From: Azolla caroliniana
Lineage: Eukaryota > Plantae > Polypodiophyta
Direction: 5' to 3'
Assembly (NCBI GenBank): GCA_043228905.1
Contig: JBHGNT010000003.1
Location: 17,484,001-17,548,000 of the forward strand
DNA length: 64,000 nt
This document shows, one piece after another, positions 52,472-64,000 of the stretch. The position numbers were made by a program, and so were the translations under genes. Each line of letters opens with the position of its first letter. The first letter of the stretch is position 1. The notes below the pieces were generated by a model. The model made no database searches. It saw nothing but the letters and a program-made list of their open reading frames with translations, and had not been told where the DNA came from.

Positions 52472-55400
52472 ACTGTGTCGTGCCTTTCGGCTCCGGATCG
52501 TTGCGTGAGTCGGGTGGGAACCACTGGGGTTTTGGACTAGGAAGAGGAGAGTTTTAAGGCTAATAAGAATATAAATATGTTGTAAGAAAGAGAAATAGCA
52601 AACTCGTGAATCCCACGAGTGTATTGTATTAGATTAATCAATATGAATATAAGAATATAAACTTCGGTTGAAAGAGAATGATATAGAATTCTCGTGAATC
52701 CCACGAGTATAGTTTATTAATTGGTGTTTTTTAGAAACATATCCAGTTTCCAAATATTTTTCACACACCTATTACATTGTGCTCCCCATCCTTATGTAGT
52801 GATGGGAGAGACTAAGCATAGCTACATGCTTTTTTTTTTAATATGTTCATGCACACTAAATGTGCATGTGATGCTTTTCTAATCCTTGCTTTTATTTGCT
52901 AAATATAGTGCTCATGCACGCTAGATGTGCATGAGTCACTTTTTAGTTGCTTGCGTTTTTCTATAAAATATTCACGCACTCTAAAAATACATGATTTACC
53001 TTTTAATAAAGGTAGGCGCAAATAAAGCACTTATAGTTATTAAATCTATTTATAGAACACTAAAGATAAGGTAGTGTAATGGTAAAGTTGGGGTTTGGCT
53101 ACATGGAGGTACAAGGTTCAAATCTTGCCCTATGCACGTGATAAATATCTTGATATTCTTATTTTATTTATTTATATGTAATTAAATCGGTTATATTATT
53201 TTTACTTTTTCACGTAGTGTACGAAATACACTACGACAGCGATTGTAAGCGACAACATCCTTTTTGCGTATTCTGTAAAAAGAAGGGTCATACAAAAGAA
53301 CAATGTCGAAAGCTCCAACGGAAAGAGCACGACAACAAAGCTAAAGTTGCATACCATAAAGGTCAGATTCCTAATGTCCTTCAGGTCTATACACATCATT
53401 TAAGTAATTGTCAATGTTCTTTCCCTCACTATGTATTGGGTCCCAATGATTTACTACGTGCAAACGGGTATATCAATGGATCTCCCGTACAATTTTTATT
53501 TGATTCGGGAAGCTCACACAACTTTGTGAATGATCGTTTGGTTCAGATATGGAGAATCCAACCCACCATAAGTGATCACACCTACACGGTGCACTTGGCT
53601 GATGGAAGAGTACAACACATCAACGGGGCGATTCATTCATTGGGAATTTCTATTGACACTTATATAGAGGAAGTAGACTTCCATGTAATGAATCTTTGTA
53701 CCACTGATGTAATATTGGGTTATCCCTAGTTCTATAATAAAAGCTCTTCTTTATCTATTGATTGGGTTCATCATTCGATTACATTTGTACTGAACGACTG
53801 TACTCATTTTATTCAATGTGTCAAAAAACAATCTCTCTCGATTGTTTCCTCGTGTCCATCAACATCCGAGTTGTCTTGTTCTACTCTATTTTATTGTGTA
53901 CTTGATCCGGACATTCACGTTTACAATATCGATAATGTCTCGGTTCAATTAACATATTTTGAACAATAACTTGATGAAATCTTAAACGATTTTCGTGATG
54001 TTTTTCCGTGTGAACTACCATATGGCTTACCTCTTAAACGTAATATAGACCATCGTATAGATATTGTACCTGGTGTTGCACCAATAAGTATACCTCCTTA
54101 TCGCTTAAGTCGATCCGAAGAGGATGAGGTATCGAAGCAACTCAAGGACTATTTACGAATGGGTTATATACGTTATAGTAAATCTCCATGGGGTGCACCA
54201 GTTCTCTTGGTTAAAAAGAAAGAGGGCACATGGCGTATGTGTATTAATTACCGACGCTTGAATAAAGTGACGATCAAGAATTCGTATCCATTGCCCCGAG
54301 CTGACGATCTAATTGACCGTCTCCAGGGACCTCAGTATTTTATGAAACTTGATCTCTGTACTGGCTACCATCAAATACGTATAAGTGAGGACGATGTTCC
54401 TAAAACAACATTTCGTACGCACTATGGCCATTATGAGTTTTTGGTTATGCCTTTTGGTTTGACCAATGCTCCGGCTACATTTCAACAAGACATGAATGAC
54501 ATTTTTCGAGAACAACTTGGAAAATTTGTCGTTATTTTCTTGGATGATATTTTTGTTTATAGCCGTACATTACAAGAACATGATAAACATGTCCGCTTTG
54601 TTTTACAAACATTGCGTGACAAACAGTTTTATGCGAAGATCTCAAAATGTGAGTTCTTCAAGAAATCAATTACTTATCTTGGACATCTCATAACCGAACG
54701 AGGAGTTGAAATTGATCTTTCTCGCATCGAGAAAATCAAGCTTTGGCCCACTCTTCGGAATATTCGAGAAGTTCGATCATTCCTTGGTTTTGTCGGGTTT
54801 TTGCGAAAATCCCTTCGTAATTACTCCCAATTGACGACGCCGTTTACTGATCTTCTAAAAGGTCAAACGCGTAAGTCTACAAAACCTATTGTGTGGAATC
54901 CTACACTAGACCTCGCCTTTAAGGAACTCAAGGACCTGGTATACAAGGCTCCTTCACTTCTTTTACCCGATCCTTCAAAACCTTTTGAGGTTGAAACCGA
55001 TGCAAGCGATTATGTTATAGGTGTTGTCTTATATCAAGATGGTAAACCAATAGCATTCTAGAGTAAGAAACTTGATTCTGCTCAATGTCGGTATAGCGTT
55101 CAAGAAAAGGAATTATTTGCAATTATACATGCGCTCAAAACATGGCGCCATTATCTTTATGGAAATCGCTTTGTGCTAACTACGGACCACGAGTCCTTGA
55201 AATATTTTTGTGACCAACAAGACCTGAAAGGTCGTAAGGCACAATTGGTTGATCTCATCCAGCACTTTGATCTTGCCATACAATATCGTAAAGGTTCCGT
55301 GAATACTGTCGTTGATGCACTAAGTCGCATCCATGAAGTTAACATGCTTAGCTTCATTGAAATAACATCAAATCTTTATGATCACCTTCGAGGGAAGTAT

Positions 55401-58400
55401 CCTGATGACAGTTATTTTGCAAAATACTGGGCAAGAGTTGAGTCTGGAACAGACACCACCACATCCTCGAAGGAATACTTCCACATTGCTAACAGTCTGC
55501 TCTACCGTAATGGGAAGGTTTGTGTTCCAGATTTACCCGAAGTCAAAAAGAGGATTCTTTTTGAATGCCATGATGCACCCTCAGCAGGGCACCCTGGAAT
55601 ACATCGTACACTCGTTCTCATCTCCACTCAATTTTATTGGCCTAAGATTCGCCCTGACATACATAGCTATGTGACTAAATGTCACCAATGTCAGGTTAAC
55701 AAAGCCGAGCGACTTAAAGCCACTGGACTTTTACATCCCTTGGACATTCCCAATAATAAGTGGGAAAGTATATCCATGGATTTTATTGTTAGCCTTCCTC
55801 GCACCCAAAAAGGCCATGATGCCATTTGGGTTGTGGTTGATCGACTAACTAAAATGGCCAGATTTATTGCTACTAAAACCACGGTAACAACTCTTGAATT
55901 GGCTTACCAATTCGTTGAAGAGTTATTTCGTTTTTATGGGTTACTAATGGATATCGTGAGTGATCGAGATCCAAAATTTACTAGTGACTTCTGGACGCAA
56001 GTCTTTAAGAAGTTAGAAACAACGTTGAGCATGAGCTCCACGGATCATCCTCAATCCGATGGACAAACAGAATGAGTAAATCAAATTATTGAGGACATGC
56101 TTCGAGCATATGTTGGTGCAAAACCAACAAAATGGAAACATTATCTCCCAATTTTGGAGTTTGCTTATAACAGCTCCAAGCATACGTCGATTGGATATAG
56201 TCCTTTTATGTTGATGTATGGTTTTCAGCCACGAGCCCCGATTGATGTTAATATACATCATGATGAGTTTCAAAGTACACAAAACTTTCTTCGGGATATG
56301 CAAGATATGTTACATATTGCACAAGATAATATAAAAACAGCTCAAGATAGAGCCTATTTTTATGCCAATCATCATAGGCAACCTCGTGTATTCAACCCTG
56401 GACAGAAGGTATTTTTACGTGTACCTCACAATTCTAAGACCTTTTCAAGTCCTCAAACGCATTGGGTCATCAGCCTATCGTCTCGCTCTTCCCGATGGTG
56501 TTGGAATTCATCCAGTCTTTCATTTAAGTCGTCTAAAAGAACTTCTAGGTTCTGGCGACAATACAGTTACAACTGAAACTCTGGTTACTTCTGAAGAATT
56601 ATCTTCTAAACCACATGTACCAGAAAGAATTCTCAATGTTAAAACAAAAAAATTACATACTAAAGAAATCCGAGAATTTAAAATAAAATGGATGGATAAC
56701 TCAATAAAAGATGCCACATGGGAACGCGAAAATACTCTCAGAACTAACTTCCCTAACTTTCCATTGCAAGAGTGCAATGTTTTAAAGAGGGGGGAGTATG
56801 TTACGGGCATGACCATATAATATCCCGTGGTGAGAATTTACCGTAGTATTCTATACATGTGGATAAGTGTGAGGGTTAAACGAGAGTGTAAAGAAGGGGA
56901 GGATTACTTTTAACTCCTCGGGATTGAGACAACCCATTAGGCCAAGTGTGAACATGGCTGGGGGCCTTGGGTATCGCTATAAATAGAGGCCTAGCTACCC
57001 TCATTTCATCATCATATTGACTACATCGAGACTCTGTCTTGTGGTGGGTCAACTCTTGTAGCGAGCGCACCAGCACCAGGTACGACTCGAAGCCACGACG
57101 GTGGTATGGGACGCCGATCGAGGCTCGAGTCCGTCTCGATCCCTTCGCTCGGGGGTGGTCGGGTGGATCAACACCCTTCTTTCTCTCTCTCCTTTGTTTC
57201 TATCTACCTAGATCTATCCTTATCTAATGTTTACTTTAGTACATGTCTCTAATATATGTACTCGGCCTCAGTGGTCGACAGGGCCGTGCACTCTTGAAGC
57301 TTCAACCTCCATGATATCGCACCGCCACCATAGGTGAAAATATAGCCTGATGTTGACTTCCGATTGTCCGTATTTCTAGCATAGTCGGAGTCAATGTAGC
57401 CTTCGACTTCGGTTGAAGTTGTCAAACCGAAAGTCAGTTGTCTATCTTCGGTCCCTCTCAGGTACTTGAAGATGTGCTTGACAGCCTCCCAATGCTTCCG
57501 TCCTGGATTTGACATGTACCGGCTAACCACTCCTACGGCATAGGCTAGGTCGAGTACCATTGTGTACATGATACTTCCTATAGTCGATATGTAGGGCATC
57601 TTTCAATTAAGCCCTCTCTCCTTGTCCGTTGAAGGAGAGTCCTTGTCCGATAGTCGGATCGACGTCAGAAGCTATGTTGGTGTTGGCTTCATATTGTACA
57701 TGTTGAAGTGCCTCAGCACCTTCCGGATATAGTCAAACTAGGAGAGTCGGAGAGTCTTGGTCATCCAATTTTGCTCGACCTCATGCCCAATATGTGACGG
57801 GCTTGTCCGAGTTCCTTCATTGCGAACTTGTCGTGAAGGCTCCGCTTCAACTTTCCAATCTCTACTTGATTGCTTCCTGCAATAAGCATGTCGTCGACAT
57901 ATAGGATCAGATAAATCCTAGACTCATCGGCCAAATGCCGAATATCCTTGCATGGGTCGGAGTTAGATTGGTGGTATCCAAGTTGCCTGATGTAGGAGTC
58001 AAACTTTTGGTACCACATCCTCGACGCTTGTTTCAAGCCATATAGACTTTTCTTTAACCTACATACGAGGTGAATGTCCTCCCCCGTCGTTGTGAAGCCT
58101 ACCGGTTGAGACATATAGATGTCTTCTTCCAGATCTCCCTGTAGGAATGCCATCTTTATGTCCATTTGCTCGAGTTCCAGGTCTTCTGTCGCTACAACTC
58201 CTTGTAGGAGTCGGAGGGTGGTCATCTTCACTACTGGTGAGAATATCTCGTCGTAGTCACCACCGAGTTCTTGTTTGAAACCTTTCATGACAAGACGAGC
58301 TTTGTACTTGGGTTTCTCTGAGTCAGATACATATTTGTATCGGAAAACCCATTTGCAAGGTAGCGGCTTTCTTCAAATTGGTAGTTCGACTAGCTCCCAT

Positions 58401-61241
58401 GTTTGATTCTTGTGAATCAAGTCCATTTTGGATTTCATGGATTGGAGCCATGTTTCGGCGTCTATTGTGGCCATAGCTTCCTCATAAGTGCTTGGTTCAC
58501 CTGCATCGGTGTAGTTGACGTAGTCGAGGCCCAGTTGAAAAAACTCGGTTGGCCTTCAAGCTCATCTAGATCTCCTGGGTGCTGAGATAAGTGGTTCGGA
58601 TTCTTCAATCGACTCAGTTGGTCGATCGGTATTTGTTGAACCATTTGTGTTTAGTTCTGTTAGGTGACCCTCCCCTGAGTCGGGATTTCGGTGGTGTCTG
58701 TCCTCCTCTATGGACTTTGTCGACTCGGTTGTGTTTCCTACTCACATATTGTTGACTTTGCCTACTTCGACTCTTGTCGAATCGGCTCTGTCGTTGATGG
58801 CTTTGTCTTTAAGTTCGATTAGTGGACTTCCTACCGATTCGGAGTTGGCATGTATGTTGTCGGCTTGGTGGGTCGATCCTTCTACAACATCTCTGTTGTC
58901 TTTGAAGGATACCTTTTTACCAACTATTTTCTGTTGGTTCCACCAAGAGAAGATAGAGTCTTCATTGAAGACTATGTCATTGCTCCAAATCAGTCTCCAG
59001 TTCTCAGGGTCCCATAGCCTGTAGCCAAATTCCCCATCGGTTCCATAACCGAGAAATATGCATTTCGTTGCATGGGGTGCCAATTTTGTCCTTTTATCCC
59101 CAGGGATGAATGCGTAAGCTTCACATCCGAATATATGGAGCCTATCATAAGTCGGTTGTTTGCCTGACCATAGTGCATGTGGCACTTCGAGCCTAATTTC
59201 TCTTGACAGCGCCAGATTTATCAGGTATACTGCCATCTGCAATGCTTCTGCCCAGAATTCCAGCTTCAGTCTGGCTTGCTGGAGCATTGTTGTCACCCTC
59301 TCTTAGATCGCTCTAGCATGGACCCACATATATCTGTGTGCACGAGTTATAGGGGTTGTCATACCGTCTCGTAATGGAGAGTGCAAACTTTGGGTCTGTT
59401 TCCCATATCGACAATGCTCGTAGAAGTTCGTCTTCGCTTGGAGTTTCGGAATGTAGCCGACCGACATCAGTCGATCAAGTCTGGCTTGAGACATATGGCC
59501 GAGTCGGCCATGCCATAAGTTTGGGTCGGTCTTTTCAGCTACATTCACAACTCCTTCTAGATTGATTGCCATCATTGGGTACAAGTTATTGTACTTGTGC
59601 CCGCCTCCTATCTTCAGGTTTCCTCAGTTGATCATCCATACCGACTCACTTAGAGTCCTTTTGTACCCGTCTTCGGGTAGCATGCCGATGGAGACCAGAA
59701 TCCTTTTCAGATCAGGTACATGCCAAACTCGATGCAGGGTTATTGTGTTGTCATTTGGCAATCGGATGGGAATTTCTCCGGTCCCTACGATTCTGCACTC
59801 CTGCCTGTTGCCTAATCAGATTGTGCCGCTAGCGTCGGCTGAATAGTTCAAGAACCATTCAATGTTCAGGGTCACATGGAATGTGGCACGGAATCCAGTA
59901 ACCATGTGTGTGCATCCTGTGCACTGTAGAGTACTTCCCCGATCACTGAATCCTCTTAGGAGAGAATTTCTCCTGATCGGGTGTCGGCAACATTAATTTG
60001 GTTGCCAGTAGGAGAGTGGTCCGAGTCGGGTCGTCCTCGATTCCACTCGGATCGCTAACCACTCTCTTTTCTCTTGATTGACCAACAATCGGAAACTTTG
60101 TGGCCAGCTTTTCTGTAGTGTGTGCAAAATTCGCCTAATCAGTTCGTTCTTCATTTCGACCGCTCTCAGTCCCCCCTCGATTTTGATCAGTTGGTATTCC
60201 GACCAATTCTGTCAGCTTGTTCTCTCATTCGACTCTATCGGTCTAACGACTCGGTCGAGTGATGGGCTTCTGCTGATTCATCGATGGTAAGTCCCATTGA
60301 TTTTCACCGAATGTCCTCGGTGAGGACTTGGCCAATTGTCTCATCCAAATTTAGGATCGGTCGACTATTGGCATATGTCGTACAAAATACCTCCCAACTC
60401 GCCGACAAGCTCAATAAGAGGGCAAGGGCTTTCACTTCTTCTTTGAAGTTGATCCCTTGTGAGGAGAGTTCTAACAACACCCGACTGAAGGTGTTGATGT
60501 GGGAGGTAGCCGGATCGGTCTCTCTCATCTTCATGTTGAACAATTGTTTGATCAGAATCAGTTTTGAAGATGAGGACTTCTTCTTGTACACGGGTTGTAG
60601 TTTCTCCCATAGTGAGAACGTTGTTGTCTCTTTTGCCATGCTAAAGTAGACATTTTCGGATAGGTGCAGTCGAATGGTGGAGCGTGCGATTTCGTCCAAT
60701 GATCTCCACTCATCGGCTGACATTGAAGCAAGCTTTTGCGATTGCCGAATGGCCTCGACTGTCTTCGAATAATCAGTACGTCCTGCATCATCTCCTTCCA
60801 TAGGGCAAAGTTTTTGCCGTCGAATTTTCGGTTCTCAACTCCTGTACCGGATGTTGATACCATGATTCTTTCGGAAGTGAGATTTACTAACCTGGTCTTT
60901 TCTTTCAGCCTTTTTTGTTGTCTATCGCCACTGAGCAGTAGATCGCTCTGATACCAGTTGAAGCGGAAGTGTATGCGGAAACATATGAGGATTTGTCTCA
61001 GTTCGTACTCAGAAAACAACATGGAAAGAGAAGCAAAGATATACACAGTTTGAAGCTTTAATGAAAGCTCTATTACGTTCTCTCTCTCTCTCTCTCTCTC
61101 AGAGACTCGATACCTGATATATGATGGAGAGGGAGTTCTTACAACGTTAGGTTATCGCTTATATACTAAGCCCTAACTATATGGACAAGTTCACACTAGG
61201 ATACAAAGTGGAAGGAGTCGGCCTTTTATGCCAACAACCGT

Positions 61242-61410
61242 CCTATTGGTGTTACCCACAAATGGCTTGGATGTGCCATCACCACCAAATTCGAAGAGAG
61301 TTCTACGTGATTTATCCATTAAAAATTTGTCAGAGCCTTTCATTGGTGGAGAGTTTTTAGCTGGAGACTTGATCTTCAATTTGAAGGTTGGGACCTTCTA
61401 CCTTGGCTCA
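61242..61410 (-). pseudogene. Upstream exon segment of the ParB-MTase gene, separated by copia D
   Basis: Reads in frame across the copia D TSD: ..VGNTNRT|VEEKVDQK. Acceptor TTTTAG at 61411-61416. A possible further exon ends at the donor near 61879. Confidence 0.65.
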
Positions 61411-62258
61411 CTAAAATAAAAAATGTTTAATATAAGTGATAGTCATACGAAAATAAATCCCATAACACCAAATATTGGGGTAAATCCTACACAAAGGCCA
61501 CAATAATTGGGAAAATGTTACAGAGAAAGCCAAAATTTTGTGAATTTCAACTTTCAGAATGTTTTTTTCTCCTAACATTTTTTGCCCATTTCAATGGACA
61601 TTTTTTTGCATTGCATCGGATTTCGGGTGAAAAGGTGACCACAATCCAATGCACTACATCAGATTGTGTTTGTATCTACCGAAATCTAATGCAGTGCATC
61701 AAATTGTGGTCGAAAGCATCGGATCATGGTTGAAAGCCTGATGTAGTTTGAGCATAAAAAGTTTTATGCAAACATTATTAATTCCCTAAACATAACAAAA
61801 TTAATAATTTCGTATAAGATTAAAAAAGCATCTTTTAGGAATCTTTTGGAAGCTTGAAAATTACGCATAGAGAACATACCTGATGACTTTTTTTCCCTTG
61901 TTCATGTTGACTTGTTCTTGATTGGTTCAGAAAATACACGAATACTAAGAGTTTTGATTTCTTTGTGCTCTTGAGGTCTTGAACTTGCTGAATGCGATAA
62001 TGATAGTGATAAGAAGACTTTCCTTATATAGCAGATGGAAATATTTTTTTATTTTTTTTATTTATTTTTTAAATACGAAAAAAATATAAATAATAGAAAT
62101 AATTTGGAAAACAATTCTAAAAAAACCTAGGAAAAAATGTGGTATAGATATGGTGATTGCCATTTATACGATTTGTTCTCTAGCAACTCTATCGCTTTTA
62201 ACTTCATTGATCATAAAAAAAAATTGATAATATGTCAACAACTTCTATTTAATTTTTC

Positions 62259-64000
62259 ATGGATCCTTTTACATTATCTAATAACTCCTCCTTGTTCTCA
62301 ATTAATGAATACAAATATGTACCTAGGCAGGATGGTCAACCTCAACTATTGACTTGTTATATTATGCCTAGCTCAAACTCAGTTTTATGGATCGAACCTA
62401 CCAACTCATGTGCAAATATGGATCACGTTAATGCATCTAGTGATGAGGCTTGTGTAACTAAAACCTCTCATTTTTAAACGAGTTCCTTGTCAAGTTAGTG
62501 TCAAGAGATTCAACTTTTTGACTTCGGATCTTCAAATTGCAATAGGCACAAACAAGTCATGTTGTGGAAGTTTATGTCTCTCCAAATTTGGCAAGACAAA
62601 ACCTAAGGATATTACGAGAAAAATATTTATCACTCAATGGTGAAGCGCAAGATACATTTTTTATTTCACATATCTAGATCACATTGTCGCGGCAAATTCA
62701 ACACATGTTGAATATTACCTTACACTCTTTACTAAATATTGTCGAAATGCTTTCAAGATTGCTTATAGCATTGGTAATACGAGGCTATATTGTATTTAGC
62801 AACATCTAGTAAAGGGATCATGGGTGCCATTTGAAAAGAATATATGTGGATCTAAGGGCCTGATTGGGTGCCATGCTATTAAGTGGATGGAGATATATTT
62901 CTCAAAGCAATGCAATGTTATGCCTACAACTGGAAGATTACATTTGTCAGATAACTTTACTCAGCACAAGGTGTACCAAGCTTATGAGGATGAAATGTTG
63001 TTAGAAAATGTACATTACATACAATATCGACATTTTAATCGATTATGGAGGTTGCAATTTAATAATGTCGTTACACCTCGTAAGGTTTGGATGGGTGTTT
63101 CTTCAATTTGTGCAAGTCTAAAAAGCATGGCAAAGATTGGGAGAAATGATGAAGAAATAAAGAATTATAAGAATCTATTGAAAGAACATCATGAAAGGCA
63201 AGCCTTGGAATGGTCAAAAGCTATGCATTACTGACAAAAAGCGTTGCAATCACCATAAAAGTATATGTGCTTGCTTATAGATGGCATGGATCAGAAGAAG
63301 ACTTGTCTGCTGCACTTTCAAAGGTTGCCCAAGGACATTGGTGATGAGTGCCTTGTTCAAATGCATTTAGTGGGTTGCTTGTCGTACTATCAATCAATTA
63401 GGCCTCAAGTATGAGCATGCTCGTAGAGAAGGGCATATTAAGAAGATTAAGGTGAACTTCTTATTAGTTGGTCATGCCCATGATCACATAGATAAGATTT
63501 TTAGTAGGTTCTCAAAAAAATTAGCTAGATGTGATGCTTTTACTCTCCTGGCGCTATCAAAGTTGATCATAGAAGCTTATACTCCAAAGCCAGAAGTACA
63601 ACATTTGAACGAGGTGTACGATTTTCAAACGATTTTGCATGGAAGCCGATGGGACTAAAAGTAAGGTTCTTGCCCCACTTAATAATATAAGTTTCAACCA
63701 CGTCTTCCTCATTATAAAGAGTTCTACGAGTCAAAACACGACACTGTTGTATGCCAAACAATACTCATCTAGTTCACAATGGGAGCCACAACATGGTTGT
63801 AGGCTATTATTGCACTTTCTAGATGCAGAAATCCTTGGTGCAGAACAAATGTCGTATGAAGACCATAAAAATTGGCTTCAGGTACTTCGAGTATTGACCA
63901 AAAGATAAACTGGATATGATGCCTCGAAGAAAAACAGAATAATATTGAGTGCACCAAGAAATACACTATTGATCAGAGATGTTGAATGGTGGGGTACCTT
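62259..64000 (+). pseudogene. DNA transposase, Sola-like (DUF7869-type), runs off the window
   Basis: Cys-rich N-terminus, WMEIYF..MPTTGRLHL, LIDGMDQKKT at 63280, and FLLVGHAHDHID at 63458-63493. The middle catalytic segment appears deleted near 63410. Superfamily call is tentative. Confidence 0.72.

Larger units (their letters stand above)
49909..53238 (-). mobile_element. Non-autonomous gag-only (TR-GAG-like) LTR element, young
   Basis: Nearly identical ~762-bp LTRs at 49909-50670 and 52476-53238 with TGTCG...CGACA ends. 4-bp TSD GCGA. PPT AGAGGGGGCGAG. No pol. Confidence 0.95.
49093..56798 (+). pseudogene. Chromovirus C gag-pol, interrupted at 49909-53238
   Basis: Gag KAAAWW, knuckle CVFCKKKGH..QC, protease FDSGSSHNF, RT FLDDI, RH DASDY, INT CHD..GHPG / SDRDPKF, chromodomain REFKIKW..ATWE. 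Confidence 0.93.
47049..57254 (+). mobile_element. Ty3/gypsy chromovirus C (Met-primed), degenerate
   Basis: 3' LTR at 56799-57254. 5' LTR at 47049-47395, lacking the first 109 bp. TSD TATGT. PBS TGGTATCCGAGC at 47398-47409. PPT AAAGAGGGGGGAG. Both LTRs end TAATA. Confidence 0.94.
40120..61236 (-). mobile_element. Ty1/copia D, host of B3 and chromovirus C
   Basis: 5' LTR at 60959-61236. 3' LTR starts at 40120 and is cut by B3. TSD ACTGT/ACCGT. PBS at 60945-60956. Gag from 60863, RT LYVDDM. RNase H split STTEAEYI|AALEAAKE at 57255/47048. Confidence 0.92.

Overview
Plant nuclear, TE-dense window, probably from a non-seed land plant such as a fern, lycophyte or moss (inferred from the Tcn1-like chromovirus and the copia types). 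I see no ordinary host gene, rRNA, true tRNA or CRISPR. Almost all of it resolves into three nested stacks, with target-site duplications (TSDs) read directly from the sequence. (1) An old copia (A2, 13518-25014) was hit by a hAT transposon (itself holding copias A1 and B1), by a young self-priming Tcn1-like chromovirus, by a 127-bp LTR-derived hairpin and by a solo LTR. (2) A LINE (~26800-36467) is split by a solo LTR, which holds copia A3, which holds another solo LTR. (3) Copia D (40120-61236) holds copia B3 and a Met-primed chromovirus, which holds a gag-only Trp-primed element. Removing stack 3 rejoins the most interesting object: a decayed, intron-containing minus-strand gene for a ParB-like domain fused to a bacterial-type beta-class N6A/N4C DNA methyltransferase. 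It lies head-to-head with a Sola-like (DGMDQ / GHxHD) transposase, suggesting a plant DNA transposon carrying its own amino-methyltransferase. A second recurring oddity is a tRNA-like A-box/B-box cassette, always antisense, in U3 of three LTR families. All family assignments come from motif recognition by eye, not database searches.
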